A stretch of 64,000 bases of DNA, taken from assembly GCA_963707215.1 (NCBI GenBank), contig CAVPPB010000003.1, forward strand, positions 960,001 to 1,024,000, written 5' to 3'. Shown here piece by piece: positions 55,285 to 64,000 of the stretch (its first letter is position 1; every line of letters begins with the position of its first letter). Both the position numbers and the translations under genes were made by a program. Under the pieces are notes generated by a model, which saw nothing but the letters and a program-made list of their open reading frames with translations, did no database searches and had not been told where the DNA came from. The DNA comes from an uncultured Chloroflexia bacterium (GTDB lineage: Bacteria; Chloroflexota; Limnocylindria; Limnocylindrales; CSP1-4).

Positions 55285-56906
55285 TCAGCGGCGCTTCCCC
55301 AGGTCCGCGATGATCTCGCGGGCTGCGTTGCGGCCGGGCCAACCGGTGACCCCACCGCCCGGATGAGCCCCGGAGCCCGCCAGGTAGAGGCCCGCGATGG
55401 GCATCCGGTATCGAGCGTGGCCGAGCAGCGGCCGCCAGGCGTAGAACAGGTCCAGCGACGGCTCGCCGTGGAGCGGATGCCCGCCGGTCAGGCCCCAAGT
55501 CGCGCTCCAGGTCGAGCGGGGTGATGCACCTGCCGCGCCGTGACCAGCCCGCCGATGCCGGGCGCCACCGACTCGAGCGTGCGAAGGGCGAGGTCGCCGA
55601 GCCCCTCGCGACGCCGTCCCAGTCGCCCTCCCGGAGCGCGAACGGGCGCGTACTGGAGGACGATGCTCATGACGTGGCGCCGGCGGCGGCGCCCGCGACG
55701 AGCGACGGATCGACGAGCGACGGGATGGTCGCCTCGACGACCGGCTCCTCCGAGATGCGCCCGTACTTGGAGGCGTCGAAGGCACGCTCCATCGCATCGA
55801 TCCCGGGGGCGACGACGATCCGGCCCCGGAGGAGCCGCTCGTCTCCCGGCGCCGCGGGGAAGCGTCGGCAGGCCGGCCAGGGCCAGGTTGACCTTGGCCA
55901 CGACACCGGGCATCCGGATGTTGCCGGCTCGCCAGCGGAGCGACGGGCCGAGGGCGACCGGGTCGACCAGGCCCGTCAGGAGGCGGCGCGGATCGAGACC
56001 CGGACACGACGGCGCGGGCGCCGATCTCCTCGCCCGGAGGCAGAGCGCGACGCCGGTGACTCGACCGTCGGTCGTGGTGATCGGCGACGACCTCCGCGCG
56101 CGGTCCGGATCTCGCCGCCCGCCGCGCGGACGGCCGCAGCCAGCGCCTCGCCAGCGCGCCCGGGCCGCCGCGCGCGATGACCGTCTCGCCGGCCGCGCCG
56201 CCATCGTTGCCGGCGGCCTGCATCAGCAGGTGAGCGGTCGAGCCGGCCGACCACGGCCCCATCGCGGCGTAGCGGACGCCGCGCCAGGCGATCGCGGCCC
56301 GGATCGCGTCGGTCTCGAACGCTTCGGCGACGAAGTCGGCGACGGCCATCGGCAGGACCCGCAGGATCGTCCGGGCGTCGTCCGGTCCCGAGGCCGCGGA
56401 ACCGGCGTCCGATCCGCAGGCCGGCCAGGGCGTCGCCCAGGCCGGGGCGCTTCACGTCGGGCGGCGTCGACCCCATGAGCTCGGCCATGAAGCCGCCGAG
56501 CGCCCGGACCCGCCGGTCGAACTCCGGCTAGGCGGCCGCGTCCCGCATCGAGCGGTCACGCAGGCCCTCGGCGGTGCGCGACCGCGTCGCCCCGGAGCAC
56601 GACCGCGCGTCCGTCGGACGGACGGCGCGAACACCGGCACGTCCGGCGCCACGAGCGACAGGCGCCGCTGGGCAGGCAGTCGAGGTCGCGTACGACCGCC
56701 GGCCGGATCGCGCCCGACGGTCTGGGCCAGCGTCGGCACCCGGAAGCCAGGCGCCAGCTCGCTCGTGCCGCCGCACCGCCGACGGCGGCCGCCGCTCGAG
56801 CACGAGCGTCCGCAGGCCCGCCTTGGCGAGGTAGGCCGCGGCGACGAGCCCGTTGTGGCCGCCGCCGACGACGATCGCGTCGTAGGTCGTGGTCGGCGGT
56901 CGTCAT
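55285..56906 (-). CDS. Phytoene-dehydrogenase-like FAD-dependent oxidoreductase (COG1233), copy 2, multiple indels
   Basis: [67 protein letters not shown]. Confidence 0.8.
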
Positions 56907-56907
56907 C

Positions 56908-58536
56908 TCAGGCCACCTTCCGTCCGCGGCTGCGAAGCACCTCGAGAGCCGCGAGCCGACCGTTCGCGCCCATGATGCCGCCGCCCGGGTGGGTCGAGCT
57001 GCCGCACAACCAGAGGTCGCGGATCGGTGTCCGGAAGCGCGCGTAGCCCGGCACCGGCCGGTTGAAGAAGAGCTGCTCGAGGCTCAGCTCGCCCGCGAAG
57101 ATGTTGCCCTCGGTCAGGCCCGTCGTCCGCTCGATGTCGAGCGGCGTCATGACCTGGCGGCCGACGATGATGTCGCGGATGACCAGGGGCGAATTCGGCG
57201 ATCCGGTCGACCACGGTGTCGCCGAACGCCTCGCGGTTGTCGTCCCAGCTGCCCAGCTCCGGCGCCAGGTGTACGGCGCGTACTGGACGAAGCAGCTGAT
57301 GACGTGCTTGCCCGGCGGTGCCATCGACGGGTCGACCAGGGTCGGGATGATCATGTCGACGTACGGCCGGCGGCTCCAGCGCCCGTACTTGGCGTCGTCG
57401 TAGGCCCGCTCCATGTCGTCGGTGCTGGGGCTGAAGCTGATCGCCCCGCGAAGGTGCTCGCCCTCGCCGGGCAGGCAGGTGAACTCGGGCAGGCGATCGA
57501 CGGCCAGGTTGACCTTGCCCGACGATGCCCCGGAACTTGAAGCGGCGGACCTCGTCCTCGAAGTCCGGGTCCAGCGGCCCCGGGCTCGAGCAGGTCCAGG
57601 AAGGTGCGCCGGATGTCGGTCGAGGCGAGCACGACCGAGGCCGGGATCTCCTCGCCCGACTCGAGGCCGACGCCGGTCGCCCGGCCGTCGCGCACGGTGA
57701 TCCGCTCGACCCGGGCGCCTCCGTGCGGATCTCGGCGCCCTGGGCGACGGCGGCGTCGCCGATCGCGTTCGCTGATCCCACCGGTGCCGCCCTTAGGGAT
57801 GCCCCAGGCGCGGAAGGCGCCGTCGATCTCGCCCATGTAGTGATGGAGCAGGACGTACGCCGTGCCCGGCGAGCGGATACCCAGGAAGGTGCCGATGATC
57901 CCGGACGCGGACATCGTGGCCTTGAGCGGGTCCGTCTCGAACCACTGGTCGAGGAAGTCGGCGGCGCTCATCGTCATCAGCTGCACGAAGACCGCCTGCT
58001 GGCGCTCGGGGAGGCGCTGGAAGTCGCGGAGCAGCGCGCCGAGCGGCCGGAAGCTCGCGCGGGTCGCGGCCGGCCGGATCGGTGGGACGATGCCCAGGAT
58101 CGGCTTGATGAAGCGAGCCATCTCGACCATGAGCTGGCCGTATTCCTCGTACGCCTCGGCATCGGAGAGCGACCAGCGGCGCAGCTCGCGGATCGTCCGG
58201 CCGTGGTCGTTGACGCGCCAGACGTAGTCGCCGCCGCCGCCCTCGGGGCCCTCGCCCGGGCGCAGCGGCGTCAGGGTCCCGTCGAGCGGGAGGATGTCGA
58301 GCCCGTGGCTTGCGGCAGCTCGAGCTCGCGGATGACTCCGGACGGAGCAGCGACACGACGTAGCTCATCTGGCAGAACCGGAAGCCCGGGACGACCTCGA
58401 CGGTGGATGCAGCCCCGCCGAGATAGGGGTTCTTCTCCAGGACGAGCGTCCGCAGCCCGGCCTGGGCCAGGTACGCGGCGCTGATGAGCCCGTTGTGGCC
58501 CCCGCCGATGATCACCGCGTCGTAGCGCTCGGGCAC
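56908..58536 (-). CDS. Phytoene-dehydrogenase-like FAD-dependent oxidoreductase (COG1233/PYROXD2-like), copy 1, multiple indels
   Basis: YDAVIIGGGHNGL, SYVVSLLRP, PGTAYVLLHHYMGE, GLTEGNIFAGE, CGSSTHPGGGIMGA; GGGAGG RBS before the GTG. Confidence 0.85.
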
Positions 58537-58597
58537 GCGATCCTCCCAGCTCGGTCCTTGGGTCCCGGCCCCGGGGCGCCCGGTCGGCACGGTCCGC

Positions 58598-58628
58598 TAT
58601 CCAGCGTGGATACGGTCTATGCAGTCTA
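58598..58628. promoter_or_regulatory. Palindromic operator TATCCA-N3-TGGATA plus -10 TAGACT (minus strand)
   Basis: Perfect inverted repeat at 58598-58612, just downstream of the minus-strand TAGACT at 58623-58628. Confidence 0.55.
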
Positions 58629-58750
58629 GTGGAGGCCGGCGGCCGTCGCGAGCCGGGCTCGCCCGACGGGTCGCGAGGGCCCGAGGCAGCGGACACGACG
58701 ACGCCGCCTCGCCGGCCGAAGCCAACGAGGCGGCGAGACGGGAACGGCGA

Positions 58751-59302
58751 TCAGCTGGCGACGGTCTCGAAGGAGGCGTCGACGGCATCGGCCGCGACCG
58801 GCCCATCGAAGTCCAGGACAAGGACACGGTCGAAGCCGATCGCGTCGGAGTCCGGGGGCGGCGCCGGCTGGACGAAGTCGAGTCGGTAGCCATCGCCCTC
58901 GACTGACACGGCGAGCTCGATGACGGTGTCGACCGGCAGGCCGACCCAGGTCACCCGGAGCGTGTCGGCATCGACATTGACGATCTCGACGTCGCCCCAG
59001 CGGACGGACATCCCATCACCAGCTCGACCTGACTCGGCACCGACCAGCGAGTCGGGCTCGTCGTCGATGACGACCGATACGTCGTGGCCGGTCGCGATGT
59101 CGAGGTCGACCCGGAAGTCGCCGTCCGGGGCCGGACTCGGCGCGACGCTCGGTAGCGGCGTGGCCGGGACCGAGGGTGTCGGTCCGCCGGGCACATCCGG
59201 CGACGGGGCACCGGCCACGGCCGAGCAGGCGGCGAGCACGGCGCCGAGCGCGAGGGCGGCCATGGACAGGCTGGCGGAACGGGAGATCGAACGACGGTCC
59301 AT
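58751..59302 (-). CDS. Putative lipoprotein
   Basis: Signal peptide with lipobox LAAC, Pro-rich linker, beta-rich C-terminal domain; GAAGGGGA RBS. Confidence 0.72.
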   Translation of the reverse strand: MDRRSISRSASLSMAALALGAVLAACSAVAGAPSPDVPGGPTPSVPATPLPSVAPSPAPDGDFRVDLDIATGHDVSVVIDDEPDSLVGAESGRAGDGMSVRWGDVEIVNVDADTLRVTWVGLPVDTVIELAVSVEGDGYRLDFVQPAPPPDSDAIGFDRVLVLDFDGPVAADAVDASFETVAS

Positions 59303-59464
59303 ACCGAGGTCCCCTTCGATGGGCGGCTTCAGCGCCGCTGCTGCGTGGCACGTCCGCGCCACTGCTGCCAAGACGTCGGAGAGAGCCACCGCGTTCGTGG
59401 ACGAATGACGACATCGGGGCGGGACATCCGCCCGGTGCCCGACCGTCCCGACGCCCGGGTCGGC

Positions 59465-59494
59465 CATCCAGCCTGCATAGGGCTCATGCATACT
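59465..59494. promoter_or_regulatory. Second copy of the operator (CATCCA-N3-TGCATA) upstream of the GcvT-like gene
   Basis: Matches the 58598 site, including a second YATGCA half-site at the same +20 offset. Confidence 0.5.
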
Positions 59495-59538
59495 GGAGGT
59501 GCCGGCCGGCGCCGCCGGCGTCCGCACAGGAGGAGCCC

Positions 59539-60744
59539 GTGAGCGTCGGCACCCCGCTGCATCCCCGGACCTCGCCGCTCAACCGGAAGCTGCAGTGGCG
59601 CGAGTGGGCCGGCTACTACGCCTCGTCCGTCTACGCCGATGCCCATGACATCGAGTACAACGCGATCCGCGAGGCGGCCGCCCTCATCGACGTCAGCCCG
59701 CTCTACAAGTACCGGCTCTCCGGACCCGACGCGGAGCGGCTCGTCGACCGGGTCATCACCCGGGATACGACCCGGATGGCCGTGGGCCAGGTCTACTACA
59801 CGCCCTGGTGCGACGAGCACGGCAAGGTCATCGACGACGGGACCGTCCACCGCCTCTCCGAGACCGACTTCCGCTGGACGGCCGCGGACCCGCAGTACCG
59901 CTGGCTCAGCCAGAACGCAGCCGGGCTCGACGTCGAGATCGAGGACGAGACAGAGCGGACCGCGGGGATCGCCCTCCAGGGGCCACTCTCGAGGGCCGTG
60001 CTCGAGAGCGCGACGCGCGACGACTTCGGTGACCTGCGCTACTTCCGCCGCCGCGAGGCTCGGCTCCGGTTGGGTCGGAAGTCGATCGCCGTCGATGTCT
60101 CCCGGACCGGCTACACCGGCGACCTGGGCTACGAGCTCTGGGTCGCGGCCGACCGGGCGGTCGATGCTTGGGACGCCCTGATGGAGGCCGGACGGGCGTT
60201 CGGCGTGCGACCGGCCGGGATGCTGGCCCTCGACGTCACCCGGCTCGAGGCCGGGCTCATCCTCCTCGAGGTCGACTACACCTCGGCCCGCCACGCCATG
60301 AACCCCGAGCAGAACTACTCGCCCGCGGAGGTCGGCCTCGGCCGGCTCGTGAGCTTCGACAAGGGCGACTACGTGGGTCGCCGGGCGCTCGAGGCCGAGC
60401 AGGTCGCCGGCGGGCCGCCGCGGCGGCTCGTGGGGCTCGTCCTGGACTGGTACGGGATCGAGGGCCTCTTCTCGGCCCGGGGCCTGCCGCCCGGGATCTC
60501 GCCGGCCGTCGACCGCTCGCCGGTGCCCGTCTACGCCGAGGGGCGGGGCCAGGTCGGCAAGGTCACCAGCCACGGCTGGAGCCCGATCCTCAAGCAGATG
60601 CTGGCGCTCGCGTCCGTGCCACCGTCGTACAGCCGTCCTGGTTCGAGCCTCCAGGTCGAATGGACCGTCGAGGGTCGGCGGGGTCGGGTGAAGGCGACGG
60701 TCGTGGACCTGCCGTTCCTCGACCTCGAGCGCCGGCGCGCCTGA
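59539..60744 (+). CDS. GcvT-like folate-binding aminomethyltransferase family protein
   Basis: EYNAIREAAALIDVSPL, GKVIDDG, IALQGP, SRTGYTGDLGYELW, RLEAG; AGGAGG RBS. Confidence 0.9.
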   Translation: MSVGTPLHPRTSPLNRKLQWREWAGYYASSVYADAHDIEYNAIREAAALIDVSPLYKYRLSGPDAERLVDRVITRDTTRMAVGQVYYTPWCDEHGKVIDDGTVHRLSETDFRWTAADPQYRWLSQNAAGLDVEIEDETERTAGIALQGPLSRAVLESATRDDFGDLRYFRRREARLRLGRKSIAVDVSRTGYTGDLGYELWVAADRAVDAWDALMEAGRAFGVRPAGMLALDVTRLEAGLILLEVDYTSARHAMNPEQNYSPAEVGLGRLVSFDKGDYVGRRALEAEQVAGGPPRRLVGLVLDWYGIEGLFSARGLPPGISPAVDRSPVPVYAEGRGQVGKVTSHGWSPILKQMLALASVPPSYSRPGSSLQVEWTVEGRRGRVKATVVDLPFLDLERRRA

Positions 60745-60760
60745 CCGCGCCCGATCCACG

Positions 60761-61390
60761 ATGGCCTCCGAGCTGGCCGACGCCGAGTACTGGCGGGCCT
60801 ACTACGAAGTCACCGTCGACCGGCCCGCGTGGCGGACCGTGGAGACGGCCATCGAGCGCTTCGCGGCCGAGGACGGTCCCGACGGGCCGACGTCCCCGCG
60901 CGACGCCGTCGACCTGGGCTCGGGAGCCGGCCGCGATGCGAGGCGGCTGCTGGCAGCCGGCTGGCGGGTCCTCGCGATCGACCGCGAGCCGGTCGCCATC
61001 GAGGTCCTGCGATCGGCGACCCCCGAGGCGGACCGACCGCGGCTGGAGACGGTCGTGGCCGACCTGGCGACCGTCGCGATCCCGGCCTGCGACCTCGTCA
61101 ACGCCAGCGTCAGCCTCCCGTTCCTCGACGAGGCCGCCTTCTGGGCGACCTGGGGCCGTGCCATGGCCGCCATCCGGCCGGGCGGTCGGCTGGCCGCGAT
61201 GATCTTCGGCGATCGCGACGAGTCGGCCGGCGACGGCTCGATGACCTGTCCGTCCCCGGATGCGATCCGTGCATCCCTGGACGGTTGGGGCATCGAGGAC
61301 TGGACCGAGCGCGAGGAGGACAGCGAGACCGCGCTCGGCGAACCCCACCACTTCCACATCATCGAGTTCGTGGCCAGGCGGCCGACCTGA
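60761..61390 (+). CDS. Class I SAM-dependent methyltransferase (TehB-like)
   Basis: AVDLGSGAGRD, VLAID, IRPGGRL. Confidence 0.88.
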   Translation: MASELADAEYWRAYYEVTVDRPAWRTVETAIERFAAEDGPDGPTSPRDAVDLGSGAGRDARRLLAAGWRVLAIDREPVAIEVLRSATPEADRPRLETVVADLATVAIPACDLVNASVSLPFLDEAAFWATWGRAMAAIRPGGRLAAMIFGDRDESAGDGSMTCPSPDAIRASLDGWGIEDWTEREEDSETALGEPHHFHIIEFVARRPT

Positions 61391-61406
61391 CGGCGGAGGA
61401 CGCGAC

Positions 61407-62788
61407 ATGACCGAGGACCGCACCGCATCGCTCGACGCGCTGGTGGCCGAGCGCCTGCCGATCTGGACCGCCGAGCTCGTCCAGTTCTGCCGCTTCAGCT
61501 CCGAGGAGGACGACCGCGACGCCCTGCTCGGCGCCGCCGACTGGACGGCCGAGCGGCTGCGAGCGCTCGGCGCCGAGGTCGAGGTCCTGGAGCTCGACGG
61601 CGCCCCGCCACTGGTCGTGGGCGAGATCGGCGACGGGCCGGTGCTGAGCTGCGTCCAGCACTACGACGTCCAGCCGGCCGCCCCGCTCGACCTGTGGACG
61701 ACGCCGCCCTATGAGCCCGACGTCCGCGACGGCCGGCTCTTCGCACGCGGCGCGACCGACAACAAGGGCGAGCTGCTGCCGCGGATCTGGGCCGCGAGGC
61801 GTACCTCGAGGCGGTCGGTCCCCTGCCCTGCCGGATCCGCTTCCTCGTCGAGGGCGAGGAGGAGTCGGGCTCGGGCCACCTCGATGCCCTGCTGGACCTG
61901 CGGCCGCACCTGCGCAGGGCGGACGGCGCGCTCATCGAGGGTGGTGGGCTCGACCTGGACGGGCGGCCCTACGTCATCGGTGGCGGGCGGGGCATGGTCA
62001 GCCTCGAGCTCGTCGCCGCGGACGATCGCCCACGATGCCCACTCGAGCCTGGCGATGGTGCTGCCGAACGCGGCGGTGCGGATGACCCAGGCGCTGGCGA
62101 CCATGTGGGACGCCGACGGCCTGCCGGCGATCGAGGGCCTCGACGCGGGCGCCCTGGAGCCCACCGAGGCCGCAGCTGGCGCTCGTCGACGCGACCCCGG
62201 TCTCGACGCTCGAGGACCTCCGCCGCGAGTTCGAGGTCGCGCGGTTCCTCGGCGGGCGCGACGGGATCGAGGCGCTCCGGGCGATGACCTTCGAGACGAC
62301 GCTCAACGTCCAGGGCCTCTGGTCCGGCTACACGGGCCCGGGCGACAACACGATCGTGCCGGCCGAGGCCCACGCCCGGATCGACATCCGGTTGGTGCCG
62401 GACCAGGAGCCCGACGTCGTGGAGGCCGCGGTCCGTGCGCCACCTCGACCGACACGGCTTCGCGGACGTCGAGGTCGCCGACCTCGATCGACGGTTCGCT
62501 ACCGGGCCTACTGGACGCCGCCCGACCATCCGATCCTGGATGCGGCCGCCCTCGTCTCCGAGACGGTCGACCGGCCAGCCGGCCATCCGGGCGTCGCGAT
62601 GTCGGGCACCGTGCCGATGTGGCAGGTCTGCGGCCGCGACGACGTGCCCGCAGACGAGCCTCGGCGCCGGCCGTGACGACTGCCGGGCCCACGCTCCCGA
62701 CGAGAACATCCGCCTCGAGGACCTGGCGACGGCCACCCGCATCACGGCTCGCTTCCTCGACGTGTTCGCGGCCCTGCCTCGAGACTGA
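61407..62788 (+). CDS. M20/M25/M40 family metallo-hydrolase (dipeptidase-like), multiple indels
   Basis: HYDVQP, ARGATDNKG, VEGEEESGS, RGMV, DAHS, RLVPDQ, AHAPDENI. Confidence 0.85.
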
Positions 62789-62817
62789 GGGCGCGAGGGG
62801 GCGGCGATCGCGGCCCG

Positions 62818-63186
62818 TCAGTCGGTCGTGGTGCCCTGGTGGAAGCGCATCCGCCAGCGGTCGTCACGGCGGACCCAGATCGAAGACCGATGCGCCCGAC
62901 TCCCGGTGCCGTCCGCCCAGGTCGTCGTGGTGACGTAAGTGACGAGGGCCACGTCCTCTGCCAGCCGGTCCAGCGCGAAGCCGTCCAGCTCGGTCTGCCA
63001 GTCCGCCGGTCCGGCCAGCAGGTCCGCGACCGACCGGGCATCCCAACGGCTCCCACTCGCGCCGAACTCGAGGAACACGCCGTCGATCAGGCCCATGAGG
63101 CCACCCTCGAGACCGGTCGGGTCGCGCCGCGCGAGGGCGATCTCGTACCGATGCAGCTCGTCGAGAAGCGCCGCGTCGTCGCTCAC
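62818..63186 (-). CDS. DUF4440 / NTF2-like protein
   Basis: FLEFGASG, LVTY, RSSIW, WRMRFHQGT; GTGA overlap. Confidence 0.85.
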   Translation of the reverse strand: MSDDAALLDELHRYEIALARRDPTGLEGGLMGLIDGVFLEFGASGSRWDARSVADLLAGPADWQTELDGFALDRLAEDVALVTYVTTTTWADGTGSRAHRSSIWVRRDDRWRMRFHQGTTTD

Positions 63187-64000
63187 GACGGGCGGTCCAG
63201 GAACGCCTCGAGGCGGGCGAGCGCCTCGGGCAGGTCGGTCCGGCCGAGACCGATCCTGAAGTGGTCGCCTCCGAAGCCGAAGGCCGAGGCCGGCAGGAGC
63301 AGCACGCCCTCGGTCTCGACGAGCTCGGCGGCGAAGCGGTCGATGGAGCCGCCACGGAGCAGCCGCGGGAAGCCGACCGAGCCCGCCCGCGGGCGGACCC
63401 AGGCGAACGTGTCGGCGCGCTCGGCGAAGAGCCGGCCGATCCGCTCGAGGTTCTCGGCCACGAGCGCGCGCGAACGGGCGAGGACCGTGTCGCGGGCTCG
63501 CAGCCCGGCCACGGCCAGGATCTCCGACGGCGCCGCCGAGCAGATGGTCGTGTAGTCCTTGAGGGCGGCACAGCGCTCCAGCAGCGCCCGGTCCTTCGAG
63601 GCCAGCCAGCCGATCCGCAGCCCTGCCATGGCGAACGACTTGGACATCACCCCGATCGAGATGCCGTTCGACGCGACGTCCACGCCGGCCGGGAGCCGGT
63701 CGGCGTCCTCGTGCTCGAGGAAGCGATAGACCTCGTCGGCGACGAGGATGATCCCGGCCTCGTCGCAGAGCGCGGCCAGCTCGGCCCACTCCTCGCGGCT
63801 CGGCAGCATCCCCGTCGGGTTGTGCGGCGCGTTGACCACGACGGCCTTCGTGTTCGGGTGGATGGAGCGCCGCAGCCGTTCCACGTCCAGCGCCCAGCCG
63901 TCCTCCTCGCGGAGAGCGTGGAGGCCGACCGTCGCCCCGGCCGCCCGGGCTACCTCGTAGAGCGACTGGTAGCCGGGCCAGGTGACCAGGACGTGATCGC
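63183..64000 (-). CDS. PLP-dependent class I/II aminotransferase, 5' end beyond window
   Basis: NAPHNPTG, ADEVYR, MSKSFAMAGLRIGW, FRIGLGR. Confidence 0.9.
   Translation of the reverse strand, partial: DHVLVTWPGYQSLYEVARAAGATVGLHALREEDGWALDVERLRRSIHPNTKAVVVNAPHNPTGMLPSREEWAELAALCDEAGIILVADEVYRFLEHEDADRLPAGVDVASNGISIGVMSKSFAMAGLRIGWLASKDRALLERCAALKDYTTICSAAPSEILAVAGLRARDTVLARSRALVAENLERIGRLFAERADTFAWVRPRAGSVGFPRLLRGGSIDRFAAELVETEGVLLLPASAFGFGGDHFRIGLGRTDLPEALARLEAFLDRPS

Noticed and set aside
55285-58536. Carotenoid biosynthesis (crtI) cluster
   Set aside because: No crtB, crtE or crtY nearby; motifs and context fit the broader COG1233 oxidoreductase group.
59539-60744. Canonical glycine-cleavage gcvT with a glycine riboswitch
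   Set aside because: No gcvH or gcvP adjacent, no glycine-riboswitch consensus upstream, and the sequence looks like a GcvT-like paralog.
49800-62788. Programmed ribosomal frameshifting or genuine pseudogenes
   Set aside because: There are many indels per gene in unrelated housekeeping genes and no slippery heptamers; assembly error is more parsimonious.

Overview
High-GC (about 70-75% by eye) bacterial chromosomal window; gene content and promoter style suggest Chloroflexota, possibly a Limnocylindria-like lineage (inference, not verified). In order, it holds: (1) a degenerate Zn-ribbon adenine-MTase-like gene running off the left edge; (2) a MoxR-DUF58-DUF4129 trio; (3) a TPR/acidic-tail gene, a membrane protein gene and polX; (4) a densely structured ~430-nt intergenic segment; (5) two GGDEF diguanylate cyclases divergent from a ~20-kb surface-glycan locus with UDP-sulfoquinovose synthase, Wzx, Wzy-like, GT2/GT4/GT-C enzymes, a CWB2-anchored glycoside-hydrolase-like protein and two LCP proteins; (6) a tightly coupled lysC-birA-ECF sigma-putative anti-sigma-accD-accA-(lysine-free BCCP paralog)-accC-fabZ-metallophosphoesterase-fabF-accB-fabH-fabG operon; (7) hom-thrC-thrB, trpS, an AI-2E transporter and surE; (8) two phytoene-dehydrogenase-like oxidoreductases and a GcvT-like operon sharing an upstream palindrome. 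Beyond ~49.8 kb many genes carry single-base indels that look like long-read assembly errors. I recognised no tRNA, rRNA, CRISPR array or transposase. The best novelty candidates are the non-biotinylatable, plant-BADC-like AccB paralog in an ECF-containing fatty-acid operon, the candidate large ncRNA at ~10.33-10.77 kb, and the sulfoquinovose surface-polymer locus. All family calls come from motif recognition by eye; no database search was run.
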